64,000 nucleotides of DNA from the NCBI GenBank assembly GCA_910578405.1, contig CAJTQO010000009.1:15857-79856 (forward strand). Reading direction: 5' to 3'. Made by a program: the position numbers and the translations under genes. This document shows, in pieces, positions 11,285-21,509 of this stretch (the stretch's first letter is position 1; each line of letters opens with the position of its first letter). Source of the DNA: an uncultured Lachnospiraceae bacterium (GTDB taxonomy: Bacteria > Bacillota > Clostridia > Lachnospirales > Lachnospiraceae). The notes under the pieces were generated by a model. The model searched no databases and was not told the DNA's origin. It saw only the letters and a program-made list of their open reading frames with translations.

Positions 11285-11460
11285 AAAAAAGCGGACAGCA
11301 TACACTATCCACTTTTCAAAAGCGTCCTTAAAACGAACCCCATTTCGCGTAAACGCTATGGGATTTTGAACGTAATCCCGACATTCCCTTTTACAAAAAC
11401 ACCGGACTATGAACGCCTGCCAGCCATTGCCGCAGGGTGAGAGTGGATACTCTGCTTGTT
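11285..11460 (-). ncRNA. Ribosomal protein L20 leader
   Basis: AAGCAGAGTATCCACTCTCACC...AAAGTGGATAG pairing, then a stem and U-tract, upstream of infC-rpmI-rplT; TTGACA-17-TAATCT promoter at 11496-11524. Confidence 0.75.
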
Positions 11461-11560
11461 TACTAATTATCTGCCGCGCATTTTCATGCTTTTATAGATT
11501 ACCACACTGCCGCTCCTATGTCAATCCCTAATTTTCCAATGCCATTCACTGAAACTTTTC

Positions 11561-11604
11561 AAAAGCTTAAGGCGCCTCCCACAGGGAAGACGCCTTAAGC
11601 TTTT
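11561..11604 (-). terminator. Intrinsic terminator after oppA (may act bidirectionally)
   Basis: AAAAGCTTAAGGCG...CGCCTTAAGCTTTT inverted repeat. Confidence 0.8.
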
Positions 11605-11668
11605 GATTTTCCGGACAATCGCTGCCCCATCTTTCGCCGCTATATTACGGCAGATTCATGTCTGCTCC

Positions 11669-13414
11669 TTATTCCGTGATATCTGCATACATAAAGTACC
11701 AGTACCCGTAAGGGGAATGCCAGGAACCTGTGATTTTCCCGCTCTGCAGCCAGAAGTCATTGTAGTAAGCAACCGGGATGCATCCCGCTTCTTCCATCAG
11801 GATATCCTCTGCCTTGTGCAGCGCCTCAGAACGCTCTGCCGCATCCAAAGTAGTCCTGGACACTTCCATTGCCGCATCGTATTCTGCATTCTTAAATTTA
11901 CCGTCGTTGTTGCCGTTAGAGGAATAAAGCAAATCCAACATATTGGAAGGGTCGCTGTAATCGCCTACCCAGCCGTTACGGGATGCATCGTAGTCACCGT
12001 TGCGGCGCATTGGCGTAAAGCTTGCCCATTCCACAATATCCACGTTCACTTCCACGCCAAGCTCTGCCCATGCCTGCTGCAGATACTCTGCCACTACCTT
12101 ATGGTATCCTGCGTCATTGGTAGAGTACGTAACGGTCGGGAAACCTTCCCCGCCAGGATAGCCTGCTTCTTCCATAAGCCTCTTTGCTTCTTCCACATTC
12201 GCGTCATGCGCCGTTGTGTCAATGTATGGATTGCCGCCGTTTGCATTGTCGATAAACTGGCTGCCGTCTGTGTCTATCCAGCCAGGCCCCATGAAATTGC
12301 TTGCCGCGCTGTATGTTCCCTGCATCAAAGTCCCTGCCACATATTCACGGTCAATGGCAAGGCTTAACGCCTTACGCACCTTAGGATCTTTGAACGCCTC
12401 TTTATTATTATTCAGGCTTAAATAGTAAGTGCCGATAATCGGCTCCACATAAAACTCCGGATTTCCTTCCAGGGAAGGGATTTCCTCTGTAGGCACATCC
12501 TTAATCATCAATACCTCGCCCGTCTGGTATGCGCTGTAAGATGCATTCGCGTCTTCAATCAGATTGAATTTAATCCCGTCCAGTTTAATGGCGGAAGCAT
12601 TCCAGTAGTTCGGGTTTTTGCTCATCAGGATATAGGAACCCGGCACCCAGTCCGAAATGTAGAACGGCCCGTTGGTAATATAAGTTTCTGCCGCAGTCGC
12701 CCACGCATCCCCGTTGGCTTCCACCGTCCCCTGCTGTACCGGGCTTAATGTTGCGAAGGCTGCCAAGCTGCCGAAATAAGGGCAAGGCGCATTCAACGTA
12801 ACGGTCAGTGTCTTATCATCCGTCGCCACTACCTGAAGGGCGTCCAGATTGCCTTCAACCGCCTCTTTATACCCTGCCACCATGCCAAGCACGGTTTCCG
12901 CATAAGGCGCCGCTACCATCGGGTCACACACCCTTTTCCAGCTATAGACAAAATCGTTTGCGTTCAAATCCGAACCGTCAGACCATTTTAAGCCATCCCG
13001 CAAATGGAACGTCCAGGTCAAGCCGTCTTCCGAAGTCTCCCAGCTCTCTGCCTGGCCCGGAGCCAGTTGCCCATCCTCGTTTACAATCAAAAGACATTCA
13101 AAGGAATGCAGCAGCATATTGCCGCCGTCCACCGCACTGTTTAACGCAGGGTCGATGGTTTCCGGATCCGGCCCAATCTGCACAGACAGAATCTTCTCCC
13201 CGGCAGCCCCTGCCGGCGCTTCCGCCTGGCCTGCGCCATCGTCGGTATTGTCCGCAGCCGCATTGTCTGCAGAATCCTCTGCGGCATTGTCTGCCGCGCT
13301 GTCCGCAGCCGCATTGTCCGTCCCGGCATTGTTGCCGGAATTACCGCCGCCGCAGGCTGTTACGCCAACTGCCATGGTTGCCGCAAGCAAGAGTGCTAAT
13401 GCTCTCTTCTTCAT
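11669..13414 (-). CDS. oppA: Oligopeptide ABC transporter substrate-binding lipoprotein
   Basis: Lipobox VTAC, Ala/Asp/Asn linker, SEDGLTWTFHLR, KWSDG, GWVGDYSDP. Confidence 0.93.
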   Translation of the reverse strand: MKKRALALLLAATMAVGVTACGGGNSGNNAGTDNAAADSAADNAAEDSADNAAADNTDDGAGQAEAPAGAAGEKILSVQIGPDPETIDPALNSAVDGGNMLLHSFECLLIVNEDGQLAPGQAESWETSEDGLTWTFHLRDGLKWSDGSDLNANDFVYSWKRVCDPMVAAPYAETVLGMVAGYKEAVEGNLDALQVVATDDKTLTVTLNAPCPYFGSLAAFATLSPVQQGTVEANGDAWATAAETYITNGPFYISDWVPGSYILMSKNPNYWNASAIKLDGIKFNLIEDANASYSAYQTGEVLMIKDVPTEEIPSLEGNPEFYVEPIIGTYYLSLNNNKEAFKDPKVRKALSLAIDREYVAGTLMQGTYSAASNFMGPGWIDTDGSQFIDNANGGNPYIDTTAHDANVEEAKRLMEEAGYPGGEGFPTVTYSTNDAGYHKVVAEYLQQAWAELGVEVNVDIVEWASFTPMRRNGDYDASRNGWVGDYSDPSNMLDLLYSSNGNNDGKFKNAEYDAAMEVSRTTLDAAERSEALHKAEDILMEEAGCIPVAYYNDFWLQSGKITGSWHSPYGYWYFMYADITE

Positions 13415-13545
13415 AATAAATCCTCCTCTTTAAAAAATGAAAAATATGTGTAAAAAATCTATTATAAACATACAGACGGAATTCTCCACCTATATATGTT
13501 TATCTAAAAGAACAGTGAAACGCAGCATTTTTCCATCCGCGTCCA

Positions 13546-14535
13546 TCAACCCACCTGGTCAATATGGTGGCAGGCTGTAAAATGCCCCCGCTCCACTTCC
13601 GTCCACTGCGGCGCTTCCGCCGCGCACCTTTCATCCGCATAAGGGCATCTGGTTCGGAAACGGCACCCGGACGGCGGGTTTAACGGGCTTGGCACATCCC
13701 CTTCCAGCATAATCCGCTTGCTTTCCCTGGCTGTCTTCGGGTCGGCTATGGGAATTGCGCTAATCAGGCTCTTTGTATAAGGGTGCAGGGGCCTGGTCAC
13801 TAATTCATAGCTTTCCGCCAGCTCCACCATCCTGCCCAGGTACATAACCCCAATCCGGTTGGAAATATGCTTCACTGCCGAAAGGTCATGGGCAATAAAC
13901 AAATAGGTCAGCCCCATCTGCGCCTGCAAATCCTCAAACATATTGATGACCTGCGCCTGGATGGAAACGTCTAACGCGGAAATAGGCTCGTCACAAACGA
14001 TGAATTCCGGCCGGACCGCAAGCGCTCTGGCAATGCCTACCCTCTGGCGCTGCCCGCCCGAAAACTCATGAGGATAACGGTTGGCATGTTCAGAGTTAAG
14101 CCCTACCCGACGCAGCATCTCTATAATAATATCATATCTTTCCTTTTTGTCCGCTGCCATTTTATGGACGTCAATGGCTTCCCCCACAATATCCCCTACC
14201 GTCATGCGCGGATCGAGGCTGGCGTAAGGATCCTGGAATACAATCTGCATCCGCTTCCGGTAAGGAAGCATATCCGCATATATTTTCTTCTCCACGTCAA
14301 AAATGACATCGCCGTCGTAAACAAAACGTCCGCCCGTCGGCTCATACAGCCGCAGCAGCGTACGGCCCGTCGTGGTCTTCCCGCAGCCGGACTCCCCGAC
14401 TAAGCCCAGGGTTTCCCCTCTTTCAATATAAAATGAAACATCATCCACAGCCTGTATATATTTCTTCCTTTTCCCGTAGCCGCCGTCGGGAAAATATTGC
14501 TGTAAATGTTCTATCTGGACTAAATGCTCACTCAT
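13546..14535 (-). CDS. oppF: Oligopeptide ABC transporter ATP-binding protein
   Basis: [18 protein letters not shown]-terminal CRFRTRC. Confidence 0.92.
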   Translation of the reverse strand: MSEHLVQIEHLQQYFPDGGYGKRKKYIQAVDDVSFYIERGETLGLVGESGCGKTTTGRTLLRLYEPTGGRFVYDGDVIFDVEKKIYADMLPYRKRMQIVFQDPYASLDPRMTVGDIVGEAIDVHKMAADKKERYDIIIEMLRRVGLNSEHANRYPHEFSGGQRQRVGIARALAVRPEFIVCDEPISALDVSIQAQVINMFEDLQAQMGLTYLFIAHDLSAVKHISNRIGVMYLGRMVELAESYELVTRPLHPYTKSLISAIPIADPKTARESKRIMLEGDVPSPLNPPSGCRFRTRCPYADERCAAEAPQWTEVERGHFTACHHIDQVG

Positions 14536-15529
14536 TTGCGGCTCCTTTCTCCATCTCTTCCTTCTGGCACAGCCAGCACTGGGTGTAATGCACCCTCCCG
14601 AAGTTCGTAATTGGAGGCATCTCCCTTAAACATATTTTCATACATTCCTCACACCGGGGCGCAAAGGGACAGCCCTTGGGCGGATTTAACATATCCACCG
14701 GAGCCCCTTCAATAGGCTTAAGTCTCTCATGCTCTTTCGTATCCATCCTTGGAATTGAGCGAATCAGCCCTTTCGTATACTGATGTTTGGAATGGTAAAA
14801 GATATCGTCCGCCGTGCCGTATTCCACTATTTTCCCGGCATACATAACCGCTATCCTCTCGCACATGCTGGCCACCACCCCAAGGTCGTGGGTAATCATA
14901 ATAATCGCCATCCCCAGCTTATCTTTCAATTCCATCATCAGCTCCAGAATCTGCGCCTGAATCGTCACATCCAACGCCGTGGTCGGCTCATCCGCAATCA
15001 ACAGCTTGGGCTCACAGGCTAACGCCATGGCAATCATAACCCTCTGGCGCATCCCGCCGGACAGCTCATGCGGGTACTGCTTTAACCTTTTTTCCGGCTC
15101 GTTAATCCCAACTAACTCCAGCAATTCCTTTGCCCGTTGTTTCACCTGCGCCTTTTTCTTATCCGTATGGAGCAGGATTGCCTCCATAATCTGATTCCCT
15201 ATGGTATAAACCGGATTTAAGCTCGTCATTGGATCCTGGAAAATAATGGATATTTCATTTCCCCGGATTGCCCGCATTTCCCGGTCGGACATCTGATCTA
15301 TCTGGTGATTGTTAAACATCAAACTCCCGCCAATCAGTTTGCCCGGATATGCCGTCAGGCCCATCAGGCTGTAAGCCGTCACCGACTTGCCGGAACCGCT
15401 CTCCCCCACAATCCCCAAAACTTCCCCTTCCCGCAAATGGATAGAAACGTCATTCAGCGCCTTTACCTCCCCCGCCGGGGTGAAGAAAGAAAGTCTTTCA
15501 TTTTTTATATCCACAAGATACTCTGACAT
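14528..15529 (-). CDS. oppD: Oligopeptide ABC transporter ATP-binding protein
   Basis: GESGSGKS, LSGGMRQR, DEPTTALDVTIQAQ, CPFAPRC. Confidence 0.92.
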   Translation of the reverse strand: MSEYLVDIKNERLSFFTPAGEVKALNDVSIHLREGEVLGIVGESGSGKSVTAYSLMGLTAYPGKLIGGSLMFNNHQIDQMSDREMRAIRGNEISIIFQDPMTSLNPVYTIGNQIMEAILLHTDKKKAQVKQRAKELLELVGINEPEKRLKQYPHELSGGMRQRVMIAMALACEPKLLIADEPTTALDVTIQAQILELMMELKDKLGMAIIMITHDLGVVASMCERIAVMYAGKIVEYGTADDIFYHSKHQYTKGLIRSIPRMDTKEHERLKPIEGAPVDMLNPPKGCPFAPRCEECMKICLREMPPITNFGRVHYTQCWLCQKEEMEKGAANE

Positions 15530-15564
15530 AATTCCCTCATTTCCGCACCGCATCCTGCGGCCTC

Positions 15565-16611
15565 CTAATTTTTCAATTTCGGGTCAAAGGCGTCCCGCAG
15601 CCCGTCGCCAAGCAGGTTAAAGCTTAAAATAATCAGGCTAATCAGGAGGGCCGGGATAAACAGCAGGTAAGGATACGTATTCATCCCATTGATTGCATCG
15701 CTGGCCAGACTTCCCAAAGACGGCAGCGGCACTGCCACGCCCATGCCAAGAAAACTTAAAAAGCTTTCCGTAAAGATGGAAGACGGAATCTGCAGCGTAG
15801 TGGTGACAATCAGCGTGCCAATGCAGTTTGTCAGCAAATGCTTTTTAATAATCCTGCCATTCCCCACGCCAAGAGCCCTGGCTGCCGTCACATACTCGCT
15901 TTCCTTTAACATCAGCACCTGGCTTCTGACCATCCTGGCCATGCCGACCCAGTACAGAAGGGCAAATACAATAAAAATACTAATCAGATTCTCCCCTACA
16001 ATGCCGACCCAGCCAAACCCAGCCACTTGTTTCAGGTTCTGCAGCGGCGCCTTTAAGGCAAAGGAAAGCAATACAATCAAAAGAATATCCGGCACCGTAT
16101 AAATAATATCCACAATCCGCATCATCACCAAATCCACCCATCCGCCAAAAAACGCGGCAATGGAGCCATAGGCGGAACCGATAATCAAAATAATGCCTGT
16201 GGCGATTAGTCCGACCAAAAGGGAAATCCGGCTGCCCATCATTACACGGATGGCATAGTCGCGCCCCATTTTGTCCGTCCCGAAAATATGGGGAAATACC
16301 TTTTCCCCGGCTTCTATTCTTGCCTGCTCCTCCTCGGAATACTCCATAGGCGCCAGGTTATTGGCCCCTTTCATCTGCTCTTTGTAAGAATAAGGATAGA
16401 AAAAAGGGACAATAAAGGAAAAAATCATTACCAGCAGAATCACCACAATGCTGACCATCGCCACCTTATTTTTCAGCAGGCGGCGCATACCGTCTTTCCA
16501 GAAACTGACGCTCTCCCGCATAACCACCTGGCTTTGTTTCTCTTCCTCTGTCGCCGGAAGGAAATCTTCCGGACTAAGCTTTAACTGAAAACTAATCGGA
16601 TTCTGTTTCAT
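15565..16611 (-). CDS. oppC: Oligopeptide ABC transporter permease
   Basis: FGTDKMGRD, EYVTAARALG, GDGLRDAFDPK. Confidence 0.92.
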   Translation of the reverse strand: MKQNPISFQLKLSPEDFLPATEEEKQSQVVMRESVSFWKDGMRRLLKNKVAMVSIVVILLVMIFSFIVPFFYPYSYKEQMKGANNLAPMEYSEEEQARIEAGEKVFPHIFGTDKMGRDYAIRVMMGSRISLLVGLIATGIILIIGSAYGSIAAFFGGWVDLVMMRIVDIIYTVPDILLIVLLSFALKAPLQNLKQVAGFGWVGIVGENLISIFIVFALLYWVGMARMVRSQVLMLKESEYVTAARALGVGNGRIIKKHLLTNCIGTLIVTTTLQIPSSIFTESFLSFLGMGVAVPLPSLGSLASDAINGMNTYPYLLFIPALLISLIILSFNLLGDGLRDAFDPKLKN

Positions 16612-16625
16612 GCCTGTTGCACTCC

Positions 16626-17543
16626 TTATTTTAACTTAATCCTGGGGTCCACAATTTTATAAACAATATCCACTGCCACATTCATAACGATAATAAGCGT
16701 CGCAAGGAAAATCGTCGTCCCCATAATCAGTGTATAGTCACGTCCGTTAATGGCGCTGATAAACTCTCCGCCCAACCCGGGAATTGTGAAAATCTTCTCC
16801 ACCACAAAACTCCCCGTCACCGTATACGCCAGCATTGGCCCCACATAGGTAATCACCGGCAGCACCGCATTGCGCAGCGCATGTTTGAACAGCATCCTAA
16901 ATCCGGAAACGCCTTTCGCCTTTGCCGTACGCATATAATCCTGCCCAAGCACATCCAGCATCGAAGAACGCATCAGCCGCATAATATATGCCGTAGGATA
17001 AAAGGAGAGGGCCATCACTGGCATTATGTAGTTCTTCCAGGAAGCCAGCCCCATGGTCGGCAGCAATTTTAGGTTTACCCCAAGGAAATACAAAAGCAGC
17101 GTGCAAATTACAAAGCTTGGCACCGCAATCCCGCAAGTGGCGACCACGCTGATTAGGCTGTCCAAAAACTTCCCTCGCTTAAATGCCGCCATGCAGCCTA
17201 AGGGTATGCCGATAAGCAGGGAAGTCAGCACGGAAATCCCCCCGACTCTGGCAGAAACCGGAAATTTCATCAAAATAATGGACATAACGGTACGGCCCCT
17301 CTGTTTTAAGCTGTCCCCAAAATCGCCGTGCAGGCTGTCCCACATATACGTCAGATACTGCTGCAGCAGCGGTTTATCCAAGCCGTACTTTGCCTCCAGC
17401 GCCGCAGTCGCCTGAGGGCTAATCGCCTTCTCGGAAAGGAACGGCCCGCCCGGCACCATATTCATCAAAAAAAACGTAATGGTCGCAACCGCCCATATTG
17501 TAATAACCGCAAGGCCCAATCGTTTCGCAATATATTTTGGCAT
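16626..17543 (-). CDS. oppB: Oligopeptide ABC transporter permease
   Basis: PGGPF, YGLDKP, DYMRTAKAKG, HALRNA, VDPRI. Confidence 0.92.
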   Translation of the reverse strand: MPKYIAKRLGLAVITIWAVATITFFLMNMVPGGPFLSEKAISPQATAALEAKYGLDKPLLQQYLTYMWDSLHGDFGDSLKQRGRTVMSIILMKFPVSARVGGISVLTSLLIGIPLGCMAAFKRGKFLDSLISVVATCGIAVPSFVICTLLLYFLGVNLKLLPTMGLASWKNYIMPVMALSFYPTAYIMRLMRSSMLDVLGQDYMRTAKAKGVSGFRMLFKHALRNAVLPVITYVGPMLAYTVTGSFVVEKIFTIPGLGGEFISAINGRDYTLIMGTTIFLATLIIVMNVAVDIVYKIVDPRIKLK

Positions 17544-17878
17544 ATCAATTACTCCTTACTTTGTAAATTAAATTTTCCGGTTCCCCGTTTTCCAACCCGT
17601 TTCCAAACATAGAAACAGCGCCGCCAGACGCATACGCTCACAAATAAATCTTTTTGATTCTTAATTTCGACTTTCTGCACTGAATGATTGGATCTGAATT
17701 TCCTATCGCCCCCAAACCAGGCTTGCGCCTCCCGCTTGTATATCCTTACGGAAATGCCAGTCCTGCTTCGTGCCGGCGCAAGGGAAAATTGACACTCAAA
17801 TTTGATTAGAAATTGATAGTAAGAAAGAACGACAGTGTTTTCTTACAGCAAACTTATCGTTCGCTTTAGCACGCTGCT

Positions 17879-17907
17879 ATTTTACAAAATCAAACTATTC
17901 CTGTCAA
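17879..17907 (-). promoter_or_regulatory. Sigma-A promoter of the opp operon
   Basis: TTGACA-17-TAAAAT with TG upstream of the -10. Confidence 0.6.
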
Positions 17908-18024
17908 TGTTATTTTATATTTTTTTATTTATTTTTTATTATTTTTATACATTTTTTATATTTTGCCTTTTCTTTTCCGAAACTCCCCCTTCGCCTGACA
18001 GGCAGCCTGTACAAAAATTTGTAC

Positions 18025-18053
18025 TTGCATATCCGTATCCGTTTCCCTATAAT
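18025..18053 (+). promoter_or_regulatory. Sigma-A promoter for the exported protein-terD-AIM24 genes
   Basis: TTGCAT-17-TATAAT. Confidence 0.65.
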
Positions 18054-18101
18054 AAGAAGCGGAGAGATTCATAACCGCAACATTTTAGGAGGTTTCAAAT
18101 C

Positions 18102-18737
18102 ATGAACAGGAAAAAGATTCCCGCCTTGATACTGGCAGCGGCCGGAACTGCAATACTGCTGGCGACAGGCGGCGTATTTGCCGTAAATACCGTTTTTGCC
18201 GCGGAAGAAATATCGGAACTGGCAGACCATGCCATTTTGCAGGCGTCGATTGACAAAGAAATCCAGCCGGTATACAAAAGAATGTCTTACAATGACGCCG
18301 GGTGTACCCTGATGCTCCCCACCGGATATGTGGCCAGCCAGGAAACCCCCGGCATGTATTTGTCCGAATACTATCCGCTGGATTCTTCCAATATTTACTA
18401 TTCCGTATCGGAAAATATCGACACAGCGTCCCTGGAAACCGCCATGGATTCCGAAGAATATAAGCAAACCGCCGAAGCGAAATTCAAAGAAACTTACGGA
18501 GAAGAAGCTTCCATCACCTCTTACCGGATGACAAAAACCGAGAGAAATGGCTGCCCTTCTTACCAAATCGAAATGTCCTGCCAGGTGGGCGATATGCAAA
18601 TGGATCAGCTTGTCTATATTATTGCGGCAGATAAAGTTTATACCATTACATACTCCCAGTCTGCAGATGACGAACGAATGGACGATTTTAAGAAAAGCTT
18701 AAACACCATCCAGGTTGTCTTTGACAAACAGGCTTAA
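18102..18737 (+). CDS. Exported or membrane-anchored hypothetical protein (possible PsbP/DcrB-like fold)
   Basis: RBS AGGAGG; N-terminal signal/TM; LPTGY and KVYTITYS...FKKSLNTIQV pattern. Confidence 0.75.
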   Translation: MNRKKIPALILAAAGTAILLATGGVFAVNTVFAAEEISELADHAILQASIDKEIQPVYKRMSYNDAGCTLMLPTGYVASQETPGMYLSEYYPLDSSNIYYSVSENIDTASLETAMDSEEYKQTAEAKFKETYGEEASITSYRMTKTERNGCPSYQIEMSCQVGDMQMDQLVYIIAADKVYTITYSQSADDERMDDFKKSLNTIQVVFDKQA

Positions 18738-18750
18738 TACAGGAGGACAG

Positions 18751-19650
18751 ATGTTTCCAATACCAATGCATACAAAAGGGACTATTGACTGCAATACCCT
18801 TCCATCCATCAACGATTCCCATATACAAGGGGCAAAAAATGCACAGAATATTGAGTCTTTGAACCGCTCTTCCCAAAATGGGAACGTTGCGCATACGCAA
18901 ACCATCCGGTCTGGCGCCGCTGGCGCGCCAGCGGCAAACACATCTTCCTATCCGGAAAGGGCCGGCGCTGCCGCCCCAGGCGCACGTTGCCCACGGAATC
19001 CGTCTTCTGCGTCCCATGCCGGGCGTTCGTTCCCTGATGCGCATATGTCAGACACCCAACCTGCCACTGCGCCGCTTTCCCCAAAAACAATCCCGCCCCT
19101 GCTCCATCCGGTACGCAAAGGGCAGAAAATGGCGCTTTTTACCGGACAGCCATCCCATGCCATCCATGCCTGCTTTGGCTGGAATGCCGGCAATCCGCAG
19201 TGCGATTTGGACGTTTCCGCTTTTCTGCTAAATGAAAACGGCAAAGTTCCAGACGACGCTTGGTTTGTCTTTTACGGTCAAACCGTCAGCCCGGACAAAA
19301 GCGTCACTTTCCACTCGGATGAGAAAACTGACCGGGAAAAAATTGCCATTCACTTTCCAAAACTGCACCCTTCCATCCGTAAAATCGTATTTGTCCTCAC
19401 CATTAACGATGCGTTTGCAAAAAAGCTCCACTTCGGCATGATAAAGGACGCCTATCTGCGCATTCTGGACGCTGGGACAGAGGCGGAACTTGTCAGCTTC
19501 CGGATGGACGAATATTACTCCAACGTTATTTCCATGATGATTGGGGAGGTTTACCTTCACAACGGCATATGGAAATTCAATGCCATCGGAAACGGCGTGG
19601 CAAAAGACCTGGCCGGGCTATGCGGCCTTTATGGCGTAGAGGTTACATAA
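18751..19650 (+). CDS. Divergent TerD-family protein with a long low-complexity N-terminus
   Basis: RBS AGGAGG; KGQK, GW, DLDVSAFLL, FVFYG, EVYLHNGIWKFNAIGNG, LCGLYGV. Confidence 0.88.
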   Translation: MFPIPMHTKGTIDCNTLPSINDSHIQGAKNAQNIESLNRSSQNGNVAHTQTIRSGAAGAPAANTSSYPERAGAAAPGARCPRNPSSASHAGRSFPDAHMSDTQPATAPLSPKTIPPLLHPVRKGQKMALFTGQPSHAIHACFGWNAGNPQCDLDVSAFLLNENGKVPDDAWFVFYGQTVSPDKSVTFHSDEKTDREKIAIHFPKLHPSIRKIVFVLTINDAFAKKLHFGMIKDAYLRILDAGTEAELVSFRMDEYYSNVISMMIGEVYLHNGIWKFNAIGNGVAKDLAGLCGLYGVEVT

Positions 19651-19868
19651 CCCCTTCCAGCCCTGATAAGAGACGATGGCTCCATCCCCATATCCCTTCC
19701 GTTTTCTCTGGCGCCGTTTTTTCATGCCGGCGCCAGGCAAACGCTTAATAAAGAGGATGGCTATCGGCCAGAACCCACAACGATACAATTAGCATACGCA
19801 AAACCCCGCGGAAAAACGGCAGCGGATGCTGATTTACTTATCCCCCGGACGGAATAGGAGAAGAAAAT

Positions 19869-20576
19869 ATGCTAACATTTGAAACAGTCAATGAACTCAC
19901 CTTAAAAGTCACATGCCGCGGAAACGATGTCCTTTTTACAAAAGCCGGTTCCTTTATAGCAGGAAACAGCCCCGGCGGCAAAAACTACAAATTTGAAAAA
20001 CTCCTGCTTGGCCCCCAAAACAATTTCGGACAGGCTGCCCTGGGCTCCCTGCTTAGGCGCGTCACAGGAGAAAACCTGCCTTTGATGAAAGTCACCTTTG
20101 GCGGCGATTCCGTAACCTACTATGCGGATTACGGCCAGCATGTACTCATTTATAAACTGGCCATGGGCGAAACCATATCCGTGGAATCGGAAAACATACT
20201 GGCCTTTACCCAGGACTGCGATTACAGCGTCCGTTTCATCGGATGCGGCGTTATTTCCCAAAAGGGACTGGCCACTTCCACCCTTACCGCAACCGGAGGC
20301 AACGCCTATGTCGCCATCCTGGCCAACGGCAACCCCATTGTCTTAAGCAATATCCAAAGCCGGGACACCATATCCGTAGACCCGGACGCCGTAATCTGCT
20401 GGATGAGCCAATCCGGCTACTGCGACCCGCAGATTAAAACCGACCTGTCCTGGAAAAATCTTATCGGCCAAGCATCCGGCGAATCCTATGCCTTCGAATG
20501 GAGCGGGAACCAGCCGGTATCCGTTATTATGCAGCCCTCCGAACGCCGGGGCGGCATCCGCGTCAGCATGGACTAA
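19869..20576 (+). CDS. AIM24 family protein
   Basis: RRVTGENLPLM, VESENILAF, VDPDAV, ASGESY motifs; AIM24 is a known neighbour of ter genes. Confidence 0.8.
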   Translation: MLTFETVNELTLKVTCRGNDVLFTKAGSFIAGNSPGGKNYKFEKLLLGPQNNFGQAALGSLLRRVTGENLPLMKVTFGGDSVTYYADYGQHVLIYKLAMGETISVESENILAFTQDCDYSVRFIGCGVISQKGLATSTLTATGGNAYVAILANGNPIVLSNIQSRDTISVDPDAVICWMSQSGYCDPQIKTDLSWKNLIGQASGESYAFEWSGNQPVSVIMQPSERRGGIRVSMD

Positions 20577-20710
20577 AAACGAAGGGACGGTGCCGCCAGA
20601 GCATTAAGTTAAGCTTTCCGGCGCGGCGCCGGATATTTTTCTGCCAGGGATTTTTCTCAATGCAATATTTCATTGAAGATGCATTCTAAAATTGGAATTG
20701 AAAGCATTTA

Positions 20711-20916
20711 GCATTTGGAATTCCTTGGAATTAGAATCCGTGAATATAGGAATCCGTTAGAATTAGAGTCCGTTAGAATTGGAATCCGTTGAATTAGAGT
20801 CCGTTAGAATTAGAATCCGTCAGCATTAGAGTCCGTTAGAATTGGAATCCGTTAAAATAAAAGTCCGTTAGAATTAGAATCCGTCAGCATTTGGAATCCG
20901 TTGGAATTAGAATAAG
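20711..20916 (+). repeat. Degenerate 16-bp tandem array, consensus GAATTAGAATCCGTTA, 11 TCCGT cores plus degenerate flanking units
   Basis: Units start at 20728, 20742, 20760, 20776, 20791, 20807, 20823, 20839, 20855, 20871 and 20887; no unique spacers. Confidence 0.92.
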
Positions 20917-20932
20917 AAAGGAAACGATAAAA

Positions 20933-21430
20933 ATGAGTTCTGGCAAACCGATTGTGCATCAAATTGCATGGATATCCCTGCTTCCCCAAATAGCCCTCCT
21001 ACTGTTTCTTATCCTTCTCACCAGCGTCTTGTTTGGCTCCTCTTCCCCTGCCCCGGACTTCGTTATACTTTTCTATCTTCTCTACCCCATCCTTTCCAGA
21101 AAATTCATTGCCCATAACCACCGGAGGGGGATAAAGCTTTTTAAAACAGGCGCCTATGCCCCCGCCATTCAGGAATTTGAAAAAAGTTACGCATTTTTTA
21201 TGCGCCATCCATGGACTGACAAATACCGCTTTCTCATCCTCCTGTCTTCCAGCAAAATATCCTACGCGGAAATGGCCCTGGTAAATATTGCATTCTGCTA
21301 TTCTCAAATGGGCGACGGCGACAATGCAAAGTTATATTATGAAAAAACGCTGGAACAGTTTCCCAAAAGCGGGATGGCAAAGGCTGCGCTGCAAATGATA
21401 GCGTCCGCACGCAACAGTAAATGCATCTAA
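20933..21430 (+). CDS. Membrane protein with two N-terminal TM helices and C-terminal TPR repeats
   Basis: AAAGGA RBS; ALVNIAFCYSQMGDGDNAKLYYEKTLEQFP is TPR-like. Confidence 0.8.
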   Translation: MSSGKPIVHQIAWISLLPQIALLLFLILLTSVLFGSSSPAPDFVILFYLLYPILSRKFIAHNHRRGIKLFKTGAYAPAIQEFEKSYAFFMRHPWTDKYRFLILLSSSKISYAEMALVNIAFCYSQMGDGDNAKLYYEKTLEQFPKSGMAKAALQMIASARNSKCI

Positions 21431-21509
21431 AAGTCATTTCACCAAAACTTTCCAGCCGTCCATATGCTAAAAACAAAAAGGAGACATCAGGAGAAAACAG
21501 GAGAAAATT

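Noticed and set aside
19660..19770. Long imperfect hairpin between terD and AIM24
   Set aside because: Similar stem-loops follow many genes in this window; most simply an mRNA stability or termination element.
20711..20916. Repeat array as a CRISPR
   Set aside because: Units are about 16 bp and abut directly, with no unique spacers and no cas genes nearby.
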